Below, piece by piece: positions 1 to 8,088 of a stretch of DNA of 64,000 nucleotides. The position numbers and the translations under genes are program-made. Location of the stretch: NCBI GenBank assembly GCA_051874035.1, contig JBJEFM010000077.1, forward strand, positions 1,557 through 65,556, read 5' to 3'. Positions within the stretch are counted from its first letter, which is position 1. Each line of letters begins with the position of its first letter. The notes beneath the pieces are model-generated. The model ran no database searches. It was not told the DNA's origin and worked only from the letters and a program-made list of their open reading frames with translations. The stretch comes from Bacillus sp. (in: firmicutes) (lineage in GTDB: Bacteria > Bacillota > Bacilli > Bacillales > DSM-1321).

Positions 1-362
1 AAATCTTCATCCAGCAGAATCAGTTTCTCATCCAATTTCGCTTGTATTCCTGAATAATCGGCCAGGATAGCCGTAATTTCCGAACGCCATCTCTTCGCTC
101 CGGCATCCTTCATATTTTGCGCTTCCAGACACCCTATATAACTATCACTTTGGCTCAATTTCTTCTCGACACTGGCGATTAAACGCAAAACTTCAGATAA
201 CTCGCGCTCGTCTTGCTTGCACGAAACAACTTTCCAATTATTCAAATGCGCCTCCAATTGCTCCATCTCTTGCTTGATTTCTCTTATGTAGGCAGCAAAT
301 TGCTCTGAATTACTTCCACCTTCAAAAAACACATCTAAATTCCAAATAGGTGAATAAGACAT
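1..362 (-). CDS. M3-family oligoendopeptidase (PepF-like), 5' part only; runs off the window edge
   Basis: Manual translation from ATG at 362, with RBS GAGGAGG upstream: MSYSPIWNLDVFFEGGSNSEQF..., open to base 1. The W(D/N)LDxFFxGGSxS start is typical of Bacillus M3B oligoendopeptidases. The catalytic HExxH is not in the window. Confidence 0.7.
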   Translation of the reverse strand, partial: MSYSPIWNLDVFFEGGSNSEQFAAYIREIKQEMEQLEAHLNNWKVVSCKQDERELSEVLRLIASVEKKLSQSDSYIGCLEAQNMKDAGAKRWRSEITAILADYSGIQAKLDEKLILLDED

Positions 363-422
363 ATACTTCTCCTCCTCTTCAAAGTTATCTACATTTTACC
401 ATTAGTAGCTCATCTAAACCAA

Positions 423-449
423 AGAAAGCTTATGCAAGATAAGCTTTCT
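423..449 (-). terminator. Stem-loop terminator after the small 452-658 gene
   Basis: AGAAAGCTTAT-GCAAG-ATAAGCTTTCT, an 11-bp perfect stem 2 nt after the stop codon. Confidence 0.75.
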
Positions 450-451
450 AA

Positions 452-658
452 TCAGCAACAGCTATTATTCCACCAGCCATTGCAAAACCACCATCCACCG
501 AATATTAATAAAATCACGATGATGATAATGAATAGCGCACAGCTTCCTCCTGCTCCATTTCCACAGCATGGGACAGCCCTGGGGGGAATCGGCGGGGGCG
601 GGGGCGCTGGCGGCGGCAACGGGCAGCCATATCCATATGAAGCATATCCATATCCCAT
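452..658 (-). CDS. Small Gly/Tyr-, Pro- and Cys-rich membrane peptide (68 aa), loosely YjcZ-like
   Basis: Strong RBS AAGGAGG(AG) just upstream of ATG, its own terminator, a hydrophobic segment ALFIIIIVILLIFGG and a GYGY start as in YjcZ-type sporulation peptides. Confidence 0.7.
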   Translation of the reverse strand: MGYGYASYGYGCPLPPPAPPPPPIPPRAVPCCGNGAGGSCALFIIIIVILLIFGGWWFCNGWWNNSCC

Positions 659-688
659 TCAAGCTCCTCCTTCCTGCTTTCTCCTTAT

Positions 689-715
689 TAAAATATGTAA
701 CTAAGCCCGCATTGT
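689..715 (-). promoter_or_regulatory. Putative sigma-K-type promoter for the 452-658 gene
   Basis: Minus strand reads AC-N16-CATATTTTA, matching the AC-N16/17-CATANNNTA consensus. Confidence 0.45.
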
Positions 716-782
716 TCCTTATTTCGCTTGTCCTTTCTTGAAAAGATACAAGCCTTTTTTAGAAAACCTATGTTGTACAGAC

Positions 783-810
783 ACGATTACTATCTCAGCA
801 ACATAGTATA
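783..810 (+). promoter_or_regulatory. Putative sigK promoter (sigma-E/sigma-K type)
   Basis: AC(783-784)-N17-CATAGTATA(802-810). The upstream GTACAGACAC resembles my recollection of the B. subtilis sigK promoter region. Confidence 0.6.
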
Positions 811-850
811 GGATTATAGGCGAATGTCCGAATAAAGCGGGGGTGATCGA

Positions 851-1564
851 TTGTCTGGATTATTCATGGCACTTGGATATATCATAAAAGAATTTGTACT
901 GCTCGTTTCATATGTGAAGAATAATGCCTTTCCACAACCTTTATCGGCAAAGGATGAACAAAAATACTTACAATTAATGAGCAAAGGAGATCCTGAAGCA
1001 CGAAATATTTTAATCGAACATAATTTGCGTCTTGTCGCCCATATCGTGAAGAAGTTTGAAAATACGGGCGAAGAAACAGAAGATTTGATTTCCATAGGTA
1101 CCATCGGCCTCATCAAAGCTATTGAAAGCTACTCAGATGGAAAAGGAACAAAACTTGCCACCTATGCCGCGCGCTGTATCGAAAATGAAATCCTTATGCA
1201 TCTGCGCGCAACGAAGAAAACAAAAAAAGATGTATCCCTCCACGACCCGATTGGACAGGATAAAGAAGGAAATGAAATATCCCTGATAGATGTGTTGAAA
1301 TCAGAATCCGAAGATGTAATTGATACCATTCAATTGAATCTGGAGATTGAAAAAGTGAAGAAATATATTGATGTACTCGATGAAAGAGAAAAAGAAGTCA
1401 TTGTGAACCGCTTCGGACTCGGGACGTTCAAAGAAAAAACACAACGGGAAATCGCCAAAGAGCTGGGAATTTCACGAAGTTATGTATCACGCATCGAAAA
1501 GCGTGCACTCATGAAAATGTTCCATGAATTCTACAGAGCGGAAAAAGAGAGAAAAAAATCATAA
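851..1564 (+). CDS. sigK: Pro-sigma-K, mother-cell sporulation sigma factor, uninterrupted
   Basis: TTG start after GGGGTGA. The 20-aa pro-sequence ...[16 protein letters not shown] is followed by [35 protein letters not shown] and the region-4 [17 protein letters not shown]. Confidence 0.97.
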   Translation: MSGLFMALGYIIKEFVLLVSYVKNNAFPQPLSAKDEQKYLQLMSKGDPEARNILIEHNLRLVAHIVKKFENTGEETEDLISIGTIGLIKAIESYSDGKGTKLATYAARCIENEILMHLRATKKTKKDVSLHDPIGQDKEGNEISLIDVLKSESEDVIDTIQLNLEIEKVKKYIDVLDEREKEVIVNRFGLGTFKEKTQREIAKELGISRSYVSRIEKRALMKMFHEFYRAEKERKKS

Positions 1565-1902
1565 AGTGAATCTTTGATAAGCGGGTTCTTCACCTCAGCC
1601 TATCATTAGATGAACCAATCGGGTTGTTATAGGCACTTTGATCTCCCGCTTGCTCATCTATGTCTTCACTTCTGTGCCGGAGCGGGAATCTTAGTGCCTG
1701 TTAAACGGGATAAAGTGAATCTTTGATAGGCGGTTCTTTACCCCCGCCTATCATTAGATGAACCAATCGGGTTGTTATAGGCACTTTGATCTCCCGCTTG
1801 CTCATCTATGTCTTCACTTCTGTGCCGGAGCGGGAATCTTAGTGCCTGTTAAACGGGATAAAGTGAATCTTTGATAGGCGGTTCTTTACCCCCGCCTATC
1901 AT
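1561..1902 (+). repeat. Head-to-tail array of ~148-bp bcr1-like structured repeats (2 full copies plus a 5' fragment)
   Basis: ATAAAGTGAATCTTTGATA starts at 1561, 1710 and 1858. The sequence 1598-1902 has an exact 148-bp period, with internal inverted repeats. Confidence 0.92.
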
Positions 1903-1977
1903 ATTACATGTCCGCCTTCCTCCTTATGCACCCTCAACCAATAGAAAAAAAGCCCCCTATTCTAGAGAGCTTTTACT

Positions 1978-2232
1978 TTACTGTATAGAATCCTGTTCTT
2001 CCGCTTGAATGGCTTTTTTCTTATAACGAATCGATAACGTAAAGAATAAAGCGGAACTACATAAAAAAACAAACGTGGATATAATCAATATAGTTGTATT
2101 CATTGTTCCTTCAATAAGGGAAATGGACGTTCCTAAATAAAGAAAGACACTTAAACATAGAAGTGTAAAACCATAGCGTTTATAATCAACCATCTTCTCA
2201 TGAAAGACTGTATTATTGGTAGACTGTTTCAC
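1978..2232 (-). CDS. yrhC: YrhC-family small membrane protein
   Basis: 84 aa with the K..DYKRYGFTLL motif and two hydrophobic segments, in the syntenic position downstream of mtnN. Confidence 0.75.
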   Translation of the reverse strand: MKQSTNNTVFHEKMVDYKRYGFTLLCLSVFLYLGTSISLIEGTMNTTILIISTFVFLCSSALFFTLSIRYKKKAIQAEEQDSIQ

Positions 2233-2347
2233 AAAGAATCACCTACACTCTCTATAATTTGTACTTTTACACTGTAACATAATCATAGAGGGCATATCCT
2301 ATGTAATAGTTGGCAGCTTTGGCATTGAAAACTTAACCAAAATCAAA

Positions 2348-2386
2348 AACCCCCTAAGTTGAATTTTCAGTCCAACTTAAGGGGTT
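2348..2386 (-). terminator. Intrinsic terminator after mtnN
   Basis: AACCCCCTAAGTTG...CAACTTAAGGGGTT stem, followed on the minus strand by TTTTTGATTT. Confidence 0.75.
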
Positions 2387-2429
2387 CACTTCATGGCCGG
2401 CAGCTTTTTATGTGGATAAAGATATGCCC

Positions 2430-3128
2430 TTATGCTTTTAATTCCGCGACGATATTCATAACAAGCTGCGAGGAGTTCACAGCGGCTGTTTCTAGGAATT
2501 TATCGAATGAAATATTGGATTCTTTCCCTGCAATATCCGATAAAGCGCGGATGACAACAAAAGGAATCCCGAATTGGTACGCCACTTGCGCGATTGCCGC
2601 AGCTTCCATTTCCACTGCTTGCAGGTCTTGAAATTTCGTTCTTACAAATTCTACACGCTCAGGATCATTCATGAATGAATCCCCTGTAGCAATCAGGCCT
2701 TTAGCAACTTGCATGCCTTGAATATGTTCAGCGGCTCTTTCCGATGCCTCGATTAACTTCTCGTCAGCTACATAAGTTGGCGGCATTTGCGGAACTTGAC
2801 CATAAGCATAACCGAAGATTGTTGCATCCACATCATGATGCACAACTTCTGAAGAAATAACCACATCGCCTACTTCCAGATTTTTTGCATATCCGCCCGC
2901 TGAACCTGTATTAATAACGGCTGTCGGCTGATATTTCTCCAATAGAATAGTCGTCGACATCGCTGCATTCACTTTACCGATCCCTGATTTAAGTAAAACG
3001 ACATCCACACCGTCCAATGTACCGACATTGAATTCGCAACCGGCGATTACCTCTTGTTGTACATCTTCCATTTTGTTTCGTAGTATTTGTACCTCTTCTT
3101 CCATTGCTCCAATGATTGCGATTTTCAT
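2430..3128 (-). CDS. mtnN: 5'-methylthioadenosine/S-adenosylhomocysteine nucleosidase
   Basis: [33 protein letters not shown] and RALSDIAG motifs. Confidence 0.97.
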   Translation of the reverse strand: MKIAIIGAMEEEVQILRNKMEDVQQEVIAGCEFNVGTLDGVDVVLLKSGIGKVNAAMSTTILLEKYQPTAVINTGSAGGYAKNLEVGDVVISSEVVHHDVDATIFGYAYGQVPQMPPTYVADEKLIEASERAAEHIQGMQVAKGLIATGDSFMNDPERVEFVRTKFQDLQAVEMEAAAIAQVAYQFGIPFVVIRALSDIAGKESNISFDKFLETAAVNSSQLVMNIVAELKA

Positions 3129-3146
3129 TATTTAACACCCTTCTCT

Positions 3147-3788
3147 TTATAATTTAATAGCTTCAAGCATCCACACAAACCGATTGCACGGCTTGAATGA
3201 AACCACAAAGCCATTGTCGTCAAATAGACTTTGCAAATAAGGAATTGTTGTATAGTATTCTGTTCGAAGATCCTTCGCCAATTGGGTAAAACCACTGATT
3301 TCCGCATCTGAAATCGCTCGCTGATGGGCTTCTCCCGTTTCATACATCGTATCTGCAAACACTATTTTACCACCTTTTATTAACAAGTTGCCATATCGTT
3401 TCACAGCAACGGCTTTTTCTTGGTCGGTTAAATGATGAAAGGCATATGTGCTGACAATCGAATCGACGGATTCCACAGCCGGGAACTCCAGAAAATCCCC
3501 TTCATGAAAAACAACATTTCCTTGTTGGATTTTCCGCTCGGCAATTTCACGCATAGGCATGGATGGTTCAATGGCGGTGACACTACGGCCTTTATCAAGC
3601 AACTTGACTGTCAGGTTGCCTGTCCCGGCCCCGAACTCCAGCACATGTCCTGCAGATGCTGCCGCTACGCTTTCCAGAATTTGCTCATACCCACGGAAAA
3701 CTTCTTCATATTCTACATCGTGCCCACTTACCGTCCGATCATAATCTTCTGCCCACTCTTCAAAAATCGGTAAAAATTCTCTCCCCAT
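3147..3788 (-). CDS. yrrT: Class I SAM-dependent methyltransferase YrrT
   Basis: Start MGREF at 3788; the ORF track extension lacks an RBS. Contains motif I VLEFGAGTGNLT and STYAFHHL. Directly upstream of mtnN as in B. subtilis. Confidence 0.88.
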   Translation of the reverse strand: MGREFLPIFEEWAEDYDRTVSGHDVEYEEVFRGYEQILESVAAASAGHVLEFGAGTGNLTVKLLDKGRSVTAIEPSMPMREIAERKIQQGNVVFHEGDFLEFPAVESVDSIVSTYAFHHLTDQEKAVAVKRYGNLLIKGGKIVFADTMYETGEAHQRAISDAEISGFTQLAKDLRTEYYTTIPYLQSLFDDNGFVVSFKPCNRFVWMLEAIKL

Positions 3789-3913
3789 TCTTCTCGCCCC
3801 TTTGTTGATTATTCTGATTAACATACTATGTTTTAAAATTCTATTCGATTTAAGAAAAAACGTGCCGAACATGATATAATTTTTTGTACATATTATCCGA
3901 CCAGGAGGAAGAA

Positions 3914-4123
3914 ATGAATATTTCGTTTGATTTAATTGAAGATAAAGTGGAATTCTTTGAAGCGACAACCCTGCAAGACCTTGAGAAGAAGATTCAAGCG
4001 CAAATCGACATCAACAAAACCATTCTACTCACCGTTCATTCTGTCTCTCATCAGTTGCATGTAAGCGAAGACGGCCGGAAGCTATATAGCGCAGTCGTCC
4101 ATTTCAAAAATAAAAAAGCCTGA
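3914..4123 (+). CDS. yrzA: YrzA / DUF2536 family protein
   Basis: RBS AGGAGG then MNISFDLIEDKVEFFEA...YSAVVHFK; divergent from yrrT as in B. subtilis. Confidence 0.85.
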   Translation: MNISFDLIEDKVEFFEATTLQDLEKKIQAQIDINKTILLTVHSVSHQLHVSEDGRKLYSAVVHFKNKKA

Positions 4124-4164
4124 TGCGCTTCCTATTTGTAAATAGAGAAGAGCGTCAGGCTTTT
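4114..4164. terminator. Bidirectional terminator between convergent yrzA and yrrS
   Basis: AAAAGCCTGATGCGCTTC...GAAGAGCGTCAGGCTTTT, with an A-run and a T-run on the two sides. Confidence 0.75.
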
Positions 4165-4173
4165 CTTTTATAG

Positions 4174-4866
4174 TCACTTCAGTTTTTCCACTTTTGTCGG
4201 TTTCCAGCCTTGGCCATCAACCCATTGAATATATACTTTATATTTTGATCCATCGCCTTTTGATAAAACGGTGCCTTCCGCTTTATCCGGAGCGCCGCCA
4301 TTCCCCAACCAGAGAACGGTCATGCCGCTTTGATCGATGCCCGCCCCGTAAGCCAAGGCTTTCTCCATTTCATTCCAGTCCGTAGTTCCTTGTGTATATG
4401 TTGTTACATGCTCGCCGGTTTGTTCCGTGCCGATAGGCTCCCAGCTCTCATTCACGCGTGTTTCTTCCACCGATGGGTTGCCGCTGTTCTCGACAATCCG
4501 GTCATCTTCCTCCGGTTTCTTTTCTACATCTGCAGAATCCTCTTTATCCTCATCGGTTGTATCTTCTTCATCTGTTTTTTCCGGATCATTCGTCTTTTCA
4601 TCGTCTGCATCCTGATCCAAACCATTGGTAGTATCTTCATCATCTTTAGCTGTTTCTTTCTCATCATCTTGTACTTGCTGCGATTTATTCTCTTTATTCG
4701 GAGTGGCTGTTTCTTTATCGTCTTTCCCTAAGAAGATCGAAGCGCTCACAATGATAATCGCAACAATAACAATAGTTAGAAGAATATTATAAACAGTATT
4801 TGCTTTTCTTTTTTTACCCACTTTTTCAGAACGAGAAGTAAGTCTAGATGGTTTATCGTCTCTCAT
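4174..4866 (-). CDS. yrrS: YrrS family protein (N-terminal TM, acidic linker, DUF1510 C-terminus)
   Basis: TM segment at aa ~25-46 and a C-terminal WEPIGTEQ...WLGNGG...YKVYIQWVDGQGWKP. Confidence 0.88.
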   Translation of the reverse strand: MRDDKPSRLTSRSEKVGKKRKANTVYNILLTIVIVAIIIVSASIFLGKDDKETATPNKENKSQQVQDDEKETAKDDEDTTNGLDQDADDEKTNDPEKTDEEDTTDEDKEDSADVEKKPEEDDRIVENSGNPSVEETRVNESWEPIGTEQTGEHVTTYTQGTTDWNEMEKALAYGAGIDQSGMTVLWLGNGGAPDKAEGTVLSKGDGSKYKVYIQWVDGQGWKPTKVEKLK

Positions 4867-4942
4867 TCATATCACCCCACCTTTTTATTCAACCCTTATT
4901 GTAACAGTCTTGTTTCCGATTTTGAAGTAAATACGTATTTTT

Positions 4943-6727
4943 CTACTCTTCGTTTTTATTCGAAGGCTTGTTTTTCTGCAATTCCATGATACGTCCGATA
5001 TACTCCTTTGCCGCCTTTGTGGCACTTCCGTTGGGCAATTGCCCATCCTCGTCCAGTTTCACTACAGCAATCGCATATTTAGGATTTTCCACAGGAAAAT
5101 ATCCGCCAAACCAGCTGTTCACTTTTCCTTTAGCTTGGTTTGTTTGCGCCGTTCCCGTCTTGCCTGCCACCTCAATCGGCAAATCGCGCATATGCATGGC
5201 CGCTGTCCCTTTCTCATTCTGGGTCACACCTGTCAGCAATTGTTGAAGTTGCTTCGCTGTCCGAGGCGCAATTTTTTTCCCATCGATATCTATATCTTCG
5301 AATTCTGCCGCTGTCGTACCATTTGCAAATTGAATCTTACTGACTGCTTTCACCATTTTTCTTTCCCCATTACGGGCGATTGTGGCCATCATATTCGCCA
5401 CGCCCAATGGGGTCGCTTGCACATCCTTCTGTCCAATGGCTGTTTGGGAGACGAAATTCACATCTTTCCGATCCGTTTCTTCTAACCAGACACGGCCTGC
5501 TTCTTCACGGAACAATTGCTTAACATGCGAATGAAAGACAGTGCCATTCCATCCCGATTGACCGATGAGCTGCAGTTTCTCCGCGTATTCCTCTACCAGA
5601 CCAGGATTTTTCTTGGATAGCTCTACAGCCACGTCGGCAAACGTCCGATTGCAGCTTTGGGCGAAGCTATCCGTGAAATTCAACATCCCTAATGGTTCGG
5701 AACGGTTTTGATCGACCATTCCATTGATGGTAAGATTGCAATTATATAACGTTTGCTCATCTATTAGGTGTTCTTCAATGGCCGCAGCAGCGACTACTGT
5801 TTTAAATACAGAGCCGAGTGCCGCTTGCGTAAACATCGCATTCTTGGCTCCATCGCCTTCATTCGGATCGGACCCGACTTGCGGCCTCGAAACAGACGCT
5901 GCGATTTCGCTTGATTCGATATCGATAAGAATGAGCCCGCCTTTTCGTATATGGTTCTGGTCCACAATTTCCTCGGCGGCTTGTTGCAATTCCGAATCCA
6001 ATGTCGTCATAACACGTACCGGATATAACGGGTTGCCCGGCGCTAAATATTTCACATTAATGCCGAATAAAGGCCCCCCTATGCCATCCACATGATAAAC
6101 AAGCTTCGATTCACCTTCTGAGAGCAAGAATTCATCCAGCGTTTGTTGTAAGCCTTTATCGCCCACTTTCGTCTGGGGAGAAAGATATCGACCTCCATAA
6201 CGCTGCTGTTTCAACTCAGCGGATTCACTTAACCCTCCGATTAAATGTTGAGCAATTGTATGCTTGGTCGGCATATTGCGAATTGCTGCGAATACACCTG
6301 GCGTCTTCAATTCGTTGATTTGTTCCATTTGCCGTTCAGTAAGAAGAACCGGTTGATCGTCTATTGAAAAAATAAAGGGTTCCTTCGCATGCTGCAGCGC
6401 TTCTGTTACATTTGACGCCGGTACATCTATAATGTCCGCTAACTCTTCCACAGGCCATGCCATCTTCTTTAGAAACGGAAACAGAATGAGCGTCGGCACT
6501 TGTTCATGGTTGAGCGGTTCCCCTATGCGGTCGTAAAACTTGCCCCGCCCGTCATCGAGTTCGATGCTCTGTATACGCTGGTCCACACTTGCTTCAATTA
6601 AGTCAATATGGTGCTTCCCGAATGTTTCCGTGCTCACTAGCTGAATTTGAACAAGCCTTGCTATCAGTACACATAAAAGAAAAAGAAACAGGCCGGCGAT
6701 ACCTATCGCTCTTTTTTTCTTCAGCAT
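4943..6727 (-). CDS. pbpI: Class B penicillin-binding protein (PbpI/YrrR type)
   Basis: N-terminal TM and RG.FYDR motif, with intact SxxK (SVFK), SxN (SCN) and KTG motifs; synteny with yrrS. Confidence 0.85.
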   Translation of the reverse strand: MLKKKRAIGIAGLFLFLLCVLIARLVQIQLVSTETFGKHHIDLIEASVDQRIQSIELDDGRGKFYDRIGEPLNHEQVPTLILFPFLKKMAWPVEELADIIDVPASNVTEALQHAKEPFIFSIDDQPVLLTERQMEQINELKTPGVFAAIRNMPTKHTIAQHLIGGLSESAELKQQRYGGRYLSPQTKVGDKGLQQTLDEFLLSEGESKLVYHVDGIGGPLFGINVKYLAPGNPLYPVRVMTTLDSELQQAAEEIVDQNHIRKGGLILIDIESSEIAASVSRPQVGSDPNEGDGAKNAMFTQAALGSVFKTVVAAAAIEEHLIDEQTLYNCNLTINGMVDQNRSEPLGMLNFTDSFAQSCNRTFADVAVELSKKNPGLVEEYAEKLQLIGQSGWNGTVFHSHVKQLFREEAGRVWLEETDRKDVNFVSQTAIGQKDVQATPLGVANMMATIARNGERKMVKAVSKIQFANGTTAAEFEDIDIDGKKIAPRTAKQLQQLLTGVTQNEKGTAAMHMRDLPIEVAGKTGTAQTNQAKGKVNSWFGGYFPVENPKYAIAVVKLDEDGQLPNGSATKAAKEYIGRIMELQKNKPSNKNEE

Positions 6728-6735
6728 AAATAAAA

Positions 6736-6762
6736 CACCTCGTCACTATTGTCGACGAGGTG
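6736..6762 (-). terminator. Stem-loop after greA
   Basis: CACCTCGTC/GACGAGGTG 9-bp stem, with TTTTATTT following on the minus strand. Confidence 0.65.
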
Positions 6763-6779
6763 CCTTTATTTAAAACCTA

Positions 6780-7256
6780 TTATTTAACAGAGATGATACG
6801 TACATTCATTTCACCGGCCGGTGTCTGAACAGCAACTTCCTCGCCAACAGCTTTGCCGATTAAACTCTTTGCGATTGGGGAGTCATTTGAGATCTTTCCT
6901 TCAAACGGATCGGCTTCTGCACTGCCCACGATTGTATATGTTTCTTCATCGCCATCAGGAAGCTCTACAAATGTCACAGACTTCCCTAAAGTTACAGTAT
7001 CAGAATCCAATTCGCTTTCTTCGATGATTTTCGCATTGCGGATCATATTCTCGATCGTTGTGATGCGGCCTTCAACGAATGCTTGCTCCTCTTTAGCTGA
7101 ATCATATTCCGAGTTCTCTGACAAATCCCCAAAGCTACGAGCGATTTTAATGCGCTCAACTACTTCTTTACGCTTAACGGATTTCAGATTTTCTAATTCC
7201 TGCTCTAATTTCTGTTTACCTTCTTTAGTCATTGGGAAAACCTTTTCAATTGCCAA
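6780..7256 (-). CDS. greA: Transcription elongation factor GreA
   Basis: TTG start after AAGGAGTG. Contains [31 protein letters not shown] and ISNDSPIA. Confidence 0.97.
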   Translation of the reverse strand: MAIEKVFPMTKEGKQKLEQELENLKSVKRKEVVERIKIARSFGDLSENSEYDSAKEEQAFVEGRITTIENMIRNAKIIEESELDSDTVTLGKSVTFVELPDGDEETYTIVGSAEADPFEGKISNDSPIAKSLIGKAVGEEVAVQTPAGEMNVRIISVK

Positions 7257-7449
7257 AACCATTCACTCCTTCTACGGATTACAACGAGTCCACTCGTTTT
7301 TCTATACAATTATGTAAAAATACATAATTGCGCGTCCTTTTAAAAAGGGCGCGCATCATCACTTTTCTAGAATGACTTTACGAAGTATTCCCAAGCGGAA
7401 TTACCATTATCATCCTTTAATAAATATATACAGTATACAAGACATGTTA

Positions 7450-8085
7450 TTACAAAATTGTCTTTTGTTCAAGGATTGTTTTAATTTTCGTTACTAATAA
7501 ATCAATCGCAACCCGATTCTGTCCGCCTTCAGGAATGATAATATCCGCATATTTCTTCGTAGGCTCGATGAATTGATTGTGCATCGGACGAACAGCGGTC
7601 ACGTATTGGTCGATCACTGATTCAATGGAACGGCCACGTTCTTTGATATCCCTTACTAAGCGTCTAAGAATGCGGATGTCCGCATCTGTATCTACAAATA
7701 GCTTCATGTCCATAAGGTCGCGGAGTCTTTTATCTTCTAAAATCAGAATGCCTTCTAGAATAATGACATCCTTCGGCTCCACATTGATGACTTCTTTTGA
7801 GCGTGTATGAAGAGCGTAGTCATATACAGGCTTCTCGATGCTTTGGTAGTCCAGCAGTTTATTGATATGTTCGACCAATAAATCATTATCGAACGCTAAA
7901 GGATGGTCATAATTCGTCGTTAAACGTTCCTCGAACGGCACATGACTTTGATCCTTATAATAATAATCCTGTTCCAGCATCAAAATTGAACGGCCTGTAA
8001 AGCTTTCAATAATCGCTCTTGTTACACTTGTCTTTCCGGAGCCTGAACCTCCCGCTACACCTATGACGATCGGCTTTTGTTTCAT
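7450..8085 (-). CDS. udk: Uridine kinase
   Basis: Walker [18 protein letters not shown] and VIILEGIL. Confidence 0.96.
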   Translation of the reverse strand: MKQKPIVIGVAGGSGSGKTSVTRAIIESFTGRSILMLEQDYYYKDQSHVPFEERLTTNYDHPLAFDNDLLVEHINKLLDYQSIEKPVYDYALHTRSKEVINVEPKDVIILEGILILEDKRLRDLMDMKLFVDTDADIRILRRLVRDIKERGRSIESVIDQYVTAVRPMHNQFIEPTKKYADIIIPEGGQNRVAIDLLVTKIKTILEQKTIL

Positions 8086-8088
8086 ATA

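Noticed and set aside
570-623. G-run cluster (G3, G6, G5, G5, G3) resembling a G-quadruplex
   Set aside because: Fully explained by polyproline codons on the opposite strand; no independent evidence.
432-704. ORFs 432-704 (+) and 465-662 (-)
   Set aside because: Shadows of the 452-658 gene, which alone has the RBS, promoter and terminator.
1561-1902. Array considered as a CRISPR locus
   Set aside because: Units are ~148 bp with identical interiors, no unique spacers and no cas genes in the window.
3820-3860. Possible CymR box upstream of yrrT (ATCGAATAGAATT on the minus strand)
   Set aside because: Only a partial match in AT-rich DNA; cannot be supported without a matrix search.
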